Origin: an uncultured Gemmatimonadota bacterium
Lineage (GTDB): Bacteria; GCA-2686955
DNA: 64,000 bases
Assembly (NCBI GenBank): GCA_964490075.1
Contig: CAZBBK010000025.1
Location: 1 to 64,000 of the forward strand
Direction: 5' to 3'
Position numbers and translations under genes: made by a program. Shown in pieces: positions 22,415-31,557 of the stretch; position 1 is the first letter of the stretch; the number at the start of each line of letters is the position of its first letter. A model generated the notes under the pieces. The model did not search any database, was not told the DNA's origin, and worked only from the letters and a program-made list of their open reading frames with translations.

Positions 22415-24634
22415 ATGATCCGCTCCAACGGGCAACCGAGCCCCGCCTCCCCCCTGGCCAGTCTGTTTCATATCGGGCTGGCTCTCTCTTTGACGCACCT
22501 CGCGGTCGCGCTACAGCTCGGCGTCACCCTCAGCCGCCAGGGGATTCTGACCCGCACCCTGGTGCTCTTCCTCTATCCGGTCGCCTTCGCCTGCGTCGGC
22601 CTGGGCGCCGCCGCCGGCCAGGCCTGGTTCCCGCGCTTGAGAGCCTCGGCCCCGCTGCGCGCCGCCGGCCTGGCGCTGCTCACCTTCTTCGCCGTCGCCC
22701 TGCGGGCGCACTTCATGACCGAGGAGCCCGCCGAGCTGAGGATCGCGGCGTTTCTCCACCTCGCCACACTCAGCACCTGGTTCGTGTGCATCGGATTGGC
22801 GCTCGGACCGCTCCTGCGCCAGGCGCATCGAGCCGGGGCGCGCTGGGTGGGTCGCGGCTGGGCCGTGCACCTGCTGGGGCTGGTGGTGGGCTACCTGGGC
22901 TTCGATCTGCTGGTCGGCCCCACCGGCGCCAACGTCATCGTGGTGGCGACCGGCCTCTCCCTGGTACTCCTGCCGCGGCTGGGAATCCTGGTGCTGGCCT
23001 GCGTGCTCTGGGCCGCGCCGCCTCTCGATCTCGACTGGCAGCTCGAGCGCCTGCGCCGCACCGAGCAGGACCTGGGCAAGCGCTACGACTTCCTGGCGCC
23101 CCGGCTGGGCGGCCGCGGCCAGGCCATCTCGTCCCGCTTCCAGCCCCTCTACGACCGGCTCGACGCGCCGCTCTTCCACGGCTGGAGCCGCCTCTCCCAG
23201 CTGCGATTCGTCGACGCGACCGAGATCGGGGCGAGCATCGGCGCCTTCTACAACTACCACTTCATGTGGCTGACCGGCCCGGCATCGTTGCGCGGCCCCA
23301 AGGACGAGCTGCGGGAGCGGATCTACGCCCTGCTGCCGCCCGAGGGAAAGGCCCTGGTGATCGGCGCCGGCGGCGGGCGCGGGCTCTACTCCTTCCCCTT
23401 CGCGCCGCACCCGGGGATCACCGCGGTGGAAATCGATCCCACGGTCGTGGGCGTGCTGCGCGATTCCCATCCGGAATGGAACGGCGGCCTCTACCGCCGG
23501 GTCAACGCGGTCGCCGCCGACGGCCGCACCGTGGCCGAGATGCACCCCGGCGGCCTCGACGCGATCCTCATCGAGTCGGCGCGCTGGGTCGGAACCCAGG
23601 GCTTCTCGGCCGCCGTGCGCCCGCGCTATCTCTATACCCGCGAGGCGATCGCCACCTACCTGGAACGTCTCTCCGATACCGGATTCCTGTTCATCGGACT
23701 GGCCAATGTGGTGACCCGGCCCCACCGCTACCTGCCCGCCCAGATCGTCTTCTCACTCAAGGAGCTGGGGGTCCCCCACTGGACCTACCACGACCCGGGC
23801 ACCGGGCACCTCCAGATCCTCGCCTGTCGAGAAGCGGAGGTGCTCGATTCGAAGATCGACGCGCTCGACCTGAGAGTGGAACGGCCCTTCCGCTACCACG
23901 CCGCCTGGACCAGCTATCGGCTGCACGACGACACCCCTTTCTTCAGCTGGGGAATCCTGGAGTCCGGCGTTCGACGCCAGCTCCTGTGGATGGCGGCGGG
24001 GCTGGTGGCGGTCTGCGTCGCGGGGCTGGCGGCGCTGCGCCGGCGGGTGACGCCGGGGCCGGCCTGGAACCCGATCCTCTTCTTCTTCGCGATCGGCGTC
24101 GCCCACACCTGCATGCAGCTCGCGACCATCCATGCCTACCGCGGCTTCTTCACCGACCAGGTCCACACCATGGTCCGCCTGGTCATCTACTTCCTGGTCT
24201 ACGGTGCGATCGGCAGCGCGCTCGCCCATCGCCTGCCGCCGCGCGCCCTGGCGGCCCTCCCCCGCATCGCCGGCACCGTGCTGTTGCTTTTGATCCATCT
24301 CGCAACGCTGGAGTGGATCCCCTTCGCCGAAGGCCGCTGGTGGATCCGCGAGCTCTACCCGGCGCTGACCCTGCTACCCGCCGGAGTCCTGATGGGCGTC
24401 TTCTTCCCCCTCGGCCTGGCGGCGGCACGGCACGACCTGGTGGGCCGAAACCTGCTGGCGGACGCAATCGGAGCCCTGGCCGCGATGGCGCTGATCTTCT
24501 TCACGTTGATCCCCTTCGGGCAGATGGCCTTCGCCCTCTGCGCCCTGCTCGCCTACTGCGTGGCCGCATGGCTGCTGCGTCCGGTGGCGGCCGGGGCGCC
24601 GCAGCCGGCCTCCGGCGCACAAATCCCCAGCTGA
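22415..24634 (+). CDS. Multi-pass membrane protein with spermidine-synthase-like SAM-dependent domain
   Basis: TM blocks flank LVIGAGGG, AVEIDP, DGR and YLYTREA. C-terminal P.G.LMG..FP.GL motif. Confidence 0.75.
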   Translation: MIRSNGQPSPASPLASLFHIGLALSLTHLAVALQLGVTLSRQGILTRTLVLFLYPVAFACVGLGAAAGQAWFPRLRASAPLRAAGLALLTFFAVALRAHFMTEEPAELRIAAFLHLATLSTWFVCIGLALGPLLRQAHRAGARWVGRGWAVHLLGLVVGYLGFDLLVGPTGANVIVVATGLSLVLLPRLGILVLACVLWAAPPLDLDWQLERLRRTEQDLGKRYDFLAPRLGGRGQAISSRFQPLYDRLDAPLFHGWSRLSQLRFVDATEIGASIGAFYNYHFMWLTGPASLRGPKDELRERIYALLPPEGKALVIGAGGGRGLYSFPFAPHPGITAVEIDPTVVGVLRDSHPEWNGGLYRRVNAVAADGRTVAEMHPGGLDAILIESARWVGTQGFSAAVRPRYLYTREAIATYLERLSDTGFLFIGLANVVTRPHRYLPAQIVFSLKELGVPHWTYHDPGTGHLQILACREAEVLDSKIDALDLRVERPFRYHAAWTSYRLHDDTPFFSWGILESGVRRQLLWMAAGLVAVCVAGLAALRRRVTPGPAWNPILFFFAIGVAHTCMQLATIHAYRGFFTDQVHTMVRLVIYFLVYGAIGSALAHRLPPRALAALPRIAGTVLLLLIHLATLEWIPFAEGRWWIRELYPALTLLPAGVLMGVFFPLGLAAARHDLVGRNLLADAIGALAAMALIFFTLIPFGQMAFALCALLAYCVAAWLLRPVAAGAPQPASGAQIPS

Positions 24635-24820
24635 GTGAGGTCAGGGCGCGATCCTGACCGCCAGACGGTCGACTCGGGCGGCTGAGTGGAGTCAGAGAGG
24701 GGAAATGGTCTGTTGTCGGACGGCTTTGGCGGCTGAGTAGATTCAGGGGACGAATCTGGCTGCCGGCGGTCGCTTCCGGCGGCCGGTGCGGACGGGACGC
24801 TTGTGGCGATCGGGTCGCGC

Positions 24821-25246
24821 TCAATCGGCAGCCGTCGGGATCAGGGCCAAAAGCTCGCGCGGCATCATGCGCGCGGCGCCGTCGCGGCCCACCGCCACGT
24901 GGGTGGTGGCGCCGGTGGCGAGCAGCGTGGCATCGGAGCGGCGGTGGACCTGGTAGTCGAAGCTGAGCCGGGCGCGGTTGGCCTCGGAGACGCGGGTGCT
25001 GACCTCGATCAGCTCGTCGTAGGCGGCTCCCTTGTGGTACTGGGCCGAGGCCTGGGCGACCGGCAGGAAGATGCCGCGCTCCTCTTCGAGAACGCGGTAG
25101 TCGGCGCCGAGCTCGCGCAGGTAGTCGGCGCGCCCGGCCTCGAACCAGGCGAAGTAGTGGGCGTAGTAGACCACCCCCATGCGATCGGTCTCGCCGTAGC
25201 GGACCCGGTGCACGGTGACCTGGACGTGGGGGAAGCGCGCGCTCAG
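24821..25246 (-). CDS. YbgC/FadM-family acyl-CoA thioesterase (start uncertain)
   Basis: RVRYGETDRMGVVYYAHYFAWFEAGR. Confidence 0.88.
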   Translation of the reverse strand: MSARFPHVQVTVHRVRYGETDRMGVVYYAHYFAWFEAGRADYLRELGADYRVLEEERGIFLPVAQASAQYHKGAAYDELIEVSTRVSEANRARLSFDYQVHRRSDATLLATGATTHVAVGRDGAARMMPRELLALIPTAAD

Positions 25247-26244
25247 GGCTGCGCCTCGCGCCACTGGCCGATCGAGCTGTAGCGCTCGATGCGGCGCTGG
25301 ATCAGCTCGCCGGGGCCGAGCGCGGCGAGCTCGTCGAGATGGGCCTGAATGCTCGCCGCGAGGTCGGCGGAAGTGCGCCGCCAGTCGGTGTGGGCGCCGG
25401 CGACCGGCTCGGGAATGATCTCGTCGACCAGTCCGAGCTCCTCGAGCTGGGGAGCGGTGAGCTGGAGCGCCTCGGCGGCGGCCGGGGCCATCTCGGGGGT
25501 GCGCCACAGGATCGACGCGCAGCCCTCCGGAGAGATGACGCAGTACCAGGCGTTCTCGAGCATCAACAGACGGTCGGCGACTCCGATGCCGAGCGCCCCG
25601 CCGCTGCCCCCTTCGCCGATCACCACGGCGACGATCGGCACCCCCAGCACCGCCATCTCGCGCAGATTGACCGCGATCGCCTCGGCGATGCCGCGCTCCT
25701 CGGAAGCGATGCCCGGGTAGGCGCCCGGGGTGTCGATGAAGGCCAGGATCGGCAGCCCGAAGCGCGCGGCCAGCTCCATCACCCGCATCGCCTTGCGATA
25801 GCCCTCGGGATGCGGCATGCCGTAGTTGCGCATGATCCGCTTCTTGGTGTCGCGGCCTTTCTGCTGGCCGATCACCGCGATCGAGCGGCCGTTCAGGCGC
25901 GCCAGACCGCAGACCATCGCCGGATCGTCGGCGAAGCGGCGGTCGCCGTGCAGCTCGATCCAATCGGTCAGCATCAGGTCGACATAGTCGAGGGTATGGG
26001 GGCGTTCCGGATGACGCGCCACCTGCACCCGCTCCCAAGTGCTCAGGTTCGCGTAGCGCCGCGACTGCAGCTGCGCGGTGCGGGTCGCGAGCTGCTCCAG
26101 AGCTTCCGAGACGCCCTTGTCGAGCGCGGCGGGCTGCTCGCTGGGCTCGTCGTCGGTGGCGGCGCCGGTGGCGCTGCGCAGCGCCTCGATGCGCGCCTGC
26201 AGGTTCTGGACATTGCGATCGAAGTCGCTCAGCGGGTTGTGCAT
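25243..26244 (-). CDS. accA: Acetyl-CoA carboxylase carboxyltransferase alpha subunit
   Basis: ARHPERP, ELHGDR, GMPHPEGYRKA, IDTPGAYPG, GEGGSGGAL and VISPEGCASILW. Confidence 0.97.
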   Translation of the reverse strand: MHNPLSDFDRNVQNLQARIEALRSATGAATDDEPSEQPAALDKGVSEALEQLATRTAQLQSRRYANLSTWERVQVARHPERPHTLDYVDLMLTDWIELHGDRRFADDPAMVCGLARLNGRSIAVIGQQKGRDTKKRIMRNYGMPHPEGYRKAMRVMELAARFGLPILAFIDTPGAYPGIASEERGIAEAIAVNLREMAVLGVPIVAVVIGEGGSGGALGIGVADRLLMLENAWYCVISPEGCASILWRTPEMAPAAAEALQLTAPQLEELGLVDEIIPEPVAGAHTDWRRTSADLAASIQAHLDELAALGPGELIQRRIERYSSIGQWREAQP

Positions 26245-26257
26245 CGGGATTGCCTGC

Positions 26258-27103
26258 TCATCGGACCTGCCGGTAGGTGATCACCAGCTCGCGGCTGAAG
26301 TCGGCTCGTTCGCCGCGGCCGAGCAGGTCGCGCAAGTTGAACTGAACGCCGAGCCCTTCGGCGAACTCCACCGAGAGCGCGGTGTTCAGGTAGCCGCGCC
26401 CGGGATGGCGCAGCCCAATCAGATCGGGGTCGTCGTCGTTGAGGGCCGTAGAGTATTCCAGCGCCCAGTTCCAACGCGGATTGATCGCCAGGTCGAGCCC
26501 GGCGAAGAGATCGGGGCGCTCTTTCTGGTCGCCCCCTTCGAGCGGATTGTAGGACAGGCCGAGATGGGCCCCGAAGCCGTCGAAGAGGGCGTAGCTCTTT
26601 GAAAGAACGGCATGGATCCCGCGCGCCTTGAACTGGTAGCGGTCGGCGGAGCCGTACCAGGCGCCGATCCCCTGGGAGTCGAAGCCGACGATCCAGGCCG
26701 GACTCGACGCGGTCTCGTCGACCAGGCGCAGCTTCAGATGCAGCTCGGGCCGCGGATACCACTCGGGACTGCCCTCTCCGAGCACGCCGAGGCCGCCGAA
26801 CGAAGCTCCGACCTGCACCTCGTCGGTGAGGCCGAGCCGGAAGCGGGCGATCACGCCGCCGCCGTGGAAGGCGCGCAGCGCCAGGTCGTAGGCATCGCGC
26901 TCCAGCATGGCGGCGGTCGGCACGTCGACCAGCTCCATCGGCGGCAGCTGCGGCAGGGGGATGACCGGCGGCGGCAGCGGAGGGGCGTCGGCCTGGGCGA
27001 GAGCGGGCGGCGCCAGCAGTGCCGCCACGAGCGGGGCCAGCAGGCCCAGGCGGCACCGTGCCCGCGACCCGGCGGACTTCCGTCGACGTTCCTCGATCCT
27101 CAT
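26258..27103 (-). CDS. Putative outer-membrane beta-barrel protein (YjbH-like)
   Basis: Signal peptide, LVDVPTA motif, and amphipathic strands ending in aromatic residues. Confidence 0.55.
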   Translation of the reverse strand: MRIEERRRKSAGSRARCRLGLLAPLVAALLAPPALAQADAPPLPPPVIPLPQLPPMELVDVPTAAMLERDAYDLALRAFHGGGVIARFRLGLTDEVQVGASFGGLGVLGEGSPEWYPRPELHLKLRLVDETASSPAWIVGFDSQGIGAWYGSADRYQFKARGIHAVLSKSYALFDGFGAHLGLSYNPLEGGDQKERPDLFAGLDLAINPRWNWALEYSTALNDDDPDLIGLRHPGRGYLNTALSVEFAEGLGVQFNLRDLLGRGERADFSRELVITYRQVR

Positions 27104-27125
27104 CGTCGCACCCCTCGTTCTCGCG

Positions 27126-30100
27126 TCATGGCTTGCCCCAACGCCGCTCGCCCTGCTGGGCGCGCTGCCAGGTGACCCCGCTCACCCCTTCGACGGCGCG
27201 CAGCGCGGAGTCGAGCGACGCGGAGGGGCGCACCTTGAGGTCGCGCAGCGGCAGCGCGACGACGCCGTGGCGCTCGGTCTCCAAGTTCAGGGTGATGGGA
27301 CAGGTTCCGGTGTGGGCCAGCAGCACCTTGCGCAGCGGCTGGGCGATCGGTCCGTCGCCACCGGCATCGATCCGCAGGTGGAGGCGCGCGGCCAGGCGGG
27401 AGAAGGACTGCGCCAGGGGAATCGCGCGCTCCACCACGATGCCGGTGTCCGACTCGCGGTTCGACCGGCGCCCGGTCACCAGCAGGAGCTCGGTCTCTTC
27501 GAGCATCTCGCGGTGGTTCTTGAAGGCATCGGGGAAGAACACCGCCTCCACGGCCCCGGAGAAGTCCTCCAACCCCACCACGCACATCGGCTCGCCGCGG
27601 CGGGTGGTGAGATTGCGCCGCGTGGTCACCAGTCCGGCGACGATGAACTCGTCGGCGGCCGGCGTCGCGCCCTCGATCTGGTCCTTGATGCGGTGGGTGG
27701 CGAAGCGCTCCCACTCGGTGCGGTACTCCTCCAGAGGATGGCCGGAGAGGTAGTGGCCCAGCACCTCCTTCTCGCGCGACAGGAGCTCGCGCCGCGGCCA
27801 CTCGTCGACCTTCTCCAGGACCGGTCCGATCGTCTCTCCCGGTCCGTCGCCGTCGAAGAGGCTGGTCTGACCCGAGGCGACCTGGCGCTGGTAGGAATGC
27901 GCGACGTCGATCACCCGGTCGGCCGACGCCGACTTGGCGGCCCGATTGCCGGAGAAGGAGTCGAGCGCGCCGGCCGCGGCCAAACTCTCGATCACTCGCT
28001 TGTTCACCAGACGCAGATCGAGCTGCCGGGCCCAGGTGAAGAGCCCGTCGCCGGCGTCGGCCTTGGGGCGCGCCGCGACCATCGACTCGATCGCCGAGCG
28101 TCCCACGTTCTTCACCGCACCCAGCCCGAAGCGCAGCCGGTCGCTGGCGACCGAGAAGCCGAAGCCCGATTCGAACACATCCGGCGGCAGCACCTCGATG
28201 CCCATGCGCTGGCACTCGTCCATGAAATGCGATACCTGGTCGGAGTCGTTCATCACCGAGGTCATCGAGGCGGCCATGAACTCGCGCGGGTAGTGGGCCT
28301 TCAGGTAAGCGGTCTGGTAGGCGACGAAGGCGTAGGCCGCGGAGTGGCTGTTGTGGACCAGGAGGTCGTCGGCGACGAAGCAACGGGTGCCGGGGACATC
28401 GAGATCGTAGGTCATCGCCATGCCCTGGGGCTCGATTCCCACCACCTCGTCCCACGCCAGGTCGCCGCGCTCGGGACGCAGCAAGGCGGCCACCAGCTCG
28501 GCCGCGCCGCGTGCCGATTCGATCACCGGGACGCCGCCACGGCCGCCGCCGCTCTGGATTCGCTCCACGCTCGCGGGCCCGGCGAGGCGCTCGATGCGCC
28601 CCGCGAGACATTCCAGCACCACCGGCAGCGCGGCTTCGCGCTGCCGGGTGCCGCCGACCGCGCGCGCCAGAGTCGCCAGCTCGGCCAGCTCGCTCACCTC
28701 GACCCGCTCGCCGCGGCGGGTGGCGATCACTCCCAGGCGCGCCAGCAGATGCTGGAGCAGCCGGCCGCCGGCACGCCAACACAGCCCGCCGCCCTGGGCG
28801 CGGGCGCCGCGCGCCACCTCGCGCGCGATCAGCGACCGCAGCCGCGCCCGGCTCAGAGCGCAGGCCTCCTCGCCCAGGAGCTCCAGGCTCTGCTCCTCGT
28901 CGACAACATCCCCCCCATCGCCGGGTACGCCCGGCTCCGCCACCGACCAGCGCAACCGCCGCGGCACCGCGACCCGGGATCCCGGCCGCAGCTCGTCGAT
29001 GCGCCGCCACCCGCTCGGGCTCAAGAGCGGGTGGTTGGCGGTCGCCACCAGCTCGCGACCCGTGCGGGTGGTGAGACGAAACACCTCGCGCACCCCGTTC
29101 TCGACGATCGCGGCCACACGCTCGACGCGCGCCTCTCCGGCGTAGGGGTCGGCGCTGGCCACCTCGAGGCCGGCGGCGGCGGCACCCTCGGCGTAGAGCG
29201 CGTCGATGCGCCGCCGCCTGCCGGTCGCGGCGTCGACCACCAGGGTCTCGCCGGCCAGGCACTTGTTGAAGCCGTACTGGGCGAACTCCTCGAGCAGGTC
29301 GAAGACCGCCTGCGCGGTCTGGCGATCGATGCCCTGGTCCACGCAGCCGGAGACGAAGACACCTTTTTGCTCGGCCATTACATCGGCCTTCTTCTTGCCC
29401 ATGGCGCGCCGCAAGATGTCGGCGCCGCCGAGCGAGTAGCCGCCCAGCACCTGGGCGATGCGCATCACCTGCTCCTGGTAGACGATCACGCCGTAGGTGT
29501 CGCGCAGGATCGGCTCCATGGCCGGATGCAGCAGCCGGATCGGCTCCTCGCCCTTCTTGCGCGCGATGAAGGTGTCGATGTTCTTCATCGGACCCGGACG
29601 ATAGAGCGCGTTCATGGCGATCAGGTCGGTGATCCGCTCCGGCTTGAGCTTGGTGAGGTACTCGCGCATCCCGCCCGACTCGAACTGGAAGATGCCGACC
29701 GTCTCGCCGCGGCCGAAGAGCCCGAATGTCTCTGGATCCTCCAGGTCCAGGTGGTCGAAGTCGATCTCTACCTGGTGATTGTCGCGAATCAGCGCCGCCG
29801 CGTTGTCGAGGATGGTCAGGGTGCGCAGGCCCAGGAAGTCCATCTTCAGCAGGCCGTACTCCTCGACGTACTTCATGTCCCACTGCGTCGCCAGGTCGCC
29901 GTCGGGGGTCTGGAAGAGGGGCACGAAATTGTCGACCGGCTCCGGCGTGATCACCACACCCGCGGCGTGGATCCCGGCGTGGCGACACATTCCCTCGAGC
30001 GAACGCGACATCTCGAGCAGATCCTGCTCGATCCCCCCGCCCTTTGCCATTTCGCCCAGCTCGGGCACCCGCTCGATCGCGTCGTGCAGGGTGATGTTGA

Positions 30101-31508
30101 GCTCGTTCGGCACCAGCTTGGCGACTCGATCGACCTCGCCGAAAGAGAGACCCAGCACGCGGCCGACGTCGCGGATCGCCGCCTTGGCCTTCATGCGGCT
30201 GAAGGTGATGATCTGGCTGACGCAGTCCTTGCCGTACTTCTCCTTCACGTAGTCGATCACCTGCTCGCGCCGATCATCGGCGAAGTCGATGTCGATGTCG
30301 GGCATGGTGACCCGCTCGGGGTTCAGGAAGCGCTCGAAGAGCAGGTCGTAGCGCAGGGGATCGATGTTGGTGATGGTGAGGGCGTAGGCGACCAGCGATC
30401 CGGCCGCCGACCCGCGCCCGGGACCGACCGAGCAGCCCATGCGGCGGGCGGCCTTGACGAAGTCCTGGGTGATCAGGAAGTAGCCCGAGTAGCCCATGCC
30501 GCGGATCACCGCCAGCTCGTCGTCGAGACGCTTCCAGGCGGCGTCCGGCACCGTGCCTTCGAAGCGCTCCCGCAGCCCCTCGCGCGCCAGGTGGGCGAGG
30601 TACTGGTCGGCATCGGCGTGGCCTTCGGGAATGGCGAAACGCGGCAGCAACAGATTTCCGAACTCGAGCTCGAGATCGATCTTCTCGGCGATCTCGCGGG
30701 TTGCCAGCAACCCCTCTTCGAGGCCGGCGAATTGCCGCGCCATCTCCTCGGCCGACTTGACGTAGAACTGATCGGAGTCGAAGCGGAAGCGTTTTTCGTC
30801 GTTGACGTTCTTGCCGGTCTGGATGCACAAGAGCGCGTCGTGAGGACGGTGATCGTGCTGGTGCAGGTAGTGGGAGTCGTTGGTGATGGCCAGCGGCAGA
30901 TCGAACTCGCGGCGCAGGGCCAAGAGTCCCTCGTTGGCCTTGCGCTGCTCGGCGATGCCGTGATCCTGCAGCTCCAGGTAGTAGTTGCCTTCGCCAAATG
31001 TGTCGCGATGCCAGGCGACGCTTTCCCGAGCTCCTTCCATGTCGCCGCGCACCAGCCGCCGCTGCAGCTCGCTGGACAGACACCCGGAGAGCACGATGAT
31101 CCCTTCGCGGTGGCGCGCCATCACCTCGCGGTCGATGCGCGGCTTGTAGTAGAAGCCTTCCCGGTAGCCGATCGACGAGAGCTTGCAGAGGTTCTGGAAG
31201 CCGGTGCGGTTCTTGGCCAGCATCGTCAGGTGGGAGTAGGGCTCGAAGAGATCGCCCCGCACCTGCTTGCGCTCGTGCCGCGAGGCGCCCGCCACGTAGG
31301 CCTCGAAGCCGATGATGGGTTGGATGCCGGCGGCCCGCGCCGCCTTGTAGAACTCGATGGCGCCGAAGAGGTTGCCGTGGTCGGTGACGGCCACCGCGCG
31401 CTGCCCCATGCGATCGACCTGCTGGCAGAGCTCGGAGACACGATTGGCGCCGTCGAGCAGCGAGTACTCGCTGTGCAGGTGCAGGTGGACGAAATCGGAG
31501 GATTGCAC
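27126..31508 (-). CDS. dnaE: DNA polymerase III alpha subunit, intein-containing
   Basis: FVHLHLHSEYSLLDG, GRGSAAGS, FERFLNPERVTMPDIDIDF, KMDFLGL, YQEQVM and FNK/SHSAAY. GTG start at 31508. Confidence 0.97.
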   Translation of the reverse strand: MQSSDFVHLHLHSEYSLLDGANRVSELCQQVDRMGQRAVAVTDHGNLFGAIEFYKAARAAGIQPIIGFEAYVAGASRHERKQVRGDLFEPYSHLTMLAKNRTGFQNLCKLSSIGYREGFYYKPRIDREVMARHREGIIVLSGCLSSELQRRLVRGDMEGARESVAWHRDTFGEGNYYLELQDHGIAEQRKANEGLLALRREFDLPLAITNDSHYLHQHDHRPHDALLCIQTGKNVNDEKRFRFDSDQFYVKSAEEMARQFAGLEEGLLATREIAEKIDLELEFGNLLLPRFAIPEGHADADQYLAHLAREGLRERFEGTVPDAAWKRLDDELAVIRGMGYSGYFLITQDFVKAARRMGCSVGPGRGSAAGSLVAYALTITNIDPLRYDLLFERFLNPERVTMPDIDIDFADDRREQVIDYVKEKYGKDCVSQIITFSRMKAKAAIRDVGRVLGLSFGEVDRVAKLVPNELNITLHDAIERVPELGEMAKGGGIEQDLLEMSRSLEGMCRHAGIHAAGVVITPEPVDNFVPLFQTPDGDLATQWDMKYVEEYGLLKMDFLGLRTLTILDNAAALIRDNHQVEIDFDHLDLEDPETFGLFGRGETVGIFQFESGGMREYLTKLKPERITDLIAMNALYRPGPMKNIDTFIARKKGEEPIRLLHPAMEPILRDTYGVIVYQEQVMRIAQVLGGYSLGGADILRRAMGKKKADVMAEQKGVFVSGCVDQGIDRQTAQAVFDLLEEFAQYGFNKCLAGETLVVDAATGRRRRIDALYAEGAAAAGLEVASADPYAGEARVERVAAIVENGVREVFRLTTRTGRELVATANHPLLSPSGWRRIDELRPGSRVAVPRRLRWSVAEPGVPGDGGDVVDEEQSLELLGEEACALSRARLRSLIAREVARGARAQGGGLCWRAGGRLLQHLLARLGVIATRRGERVEVSELAELATLARAVGGTRQREAALPVVLECLAGRIERLAGPASVERIQSGGGRGGVPVIESARGAAELVAALLRPERGDLAWDEVVGIEPQGMAMTYDLDVPGTRCFVADDLLVHNSHSAAYAFVAYQTAYLKAHYPREFMAASMTSVMNDSDQVSHFMDECQRMGIEVLPPDVFESGFGFSVASDRLRFGLGAVKNVGRSAIESMVAARPKADAGDGLFTWARQLDLRLVNKRVIESLAAAGALDSFSGNRAAKSASADRVIDVAHSYQRQVASGQTSLFDGDGPGETIGPVLEKVDEWPRRELLSREKEVLGHYLSGHPLEEYRTEWERFATHRIKDQIEGATPAADEFIVAGLVTTRRNLTTRRGEPMCVVGLEDFSGAVEAVFFPDAFKNHREMLEETELLLVTGRRSNRESDTGIVVERAIPLAQSFSRLAARLHLRIDAGGDGPIAQPLRKVLLAHTGTCPITLNLETERHGVVALPLRDLKVRPSASLDSALRAVEGVSGVTWQRAQQGERRWGKP
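28350..29261 (-). mobile_element. Intein (304 aa) in DnaE with degenerate homing-endonuclease region
   Basis: GFNK|CLAGETLV...ATANHPLL...YDLDVPGTRCFVADDLLVHN|SHSAAY. Has N-terminal Cys, block B TxxH, HN terminus and +1 Ser. Confidence 0.93.
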
Positions 31509-31557
31509 TCGGAAGGTCCCGCGCGGTGATGGGGCGGTGGAGGACGTGTCCGGCAGT

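Noticed and set aside
26907-31529. 1540-aa + strand ORF antisense to dnaE (and similar long antisense ORFs over hsdM, hsdR, the ABC genes and ugd)
   Set aside because: These are antisense shadows caused by GC-rich codon bias. The opposite strand carries the recognisable conserved proteins.
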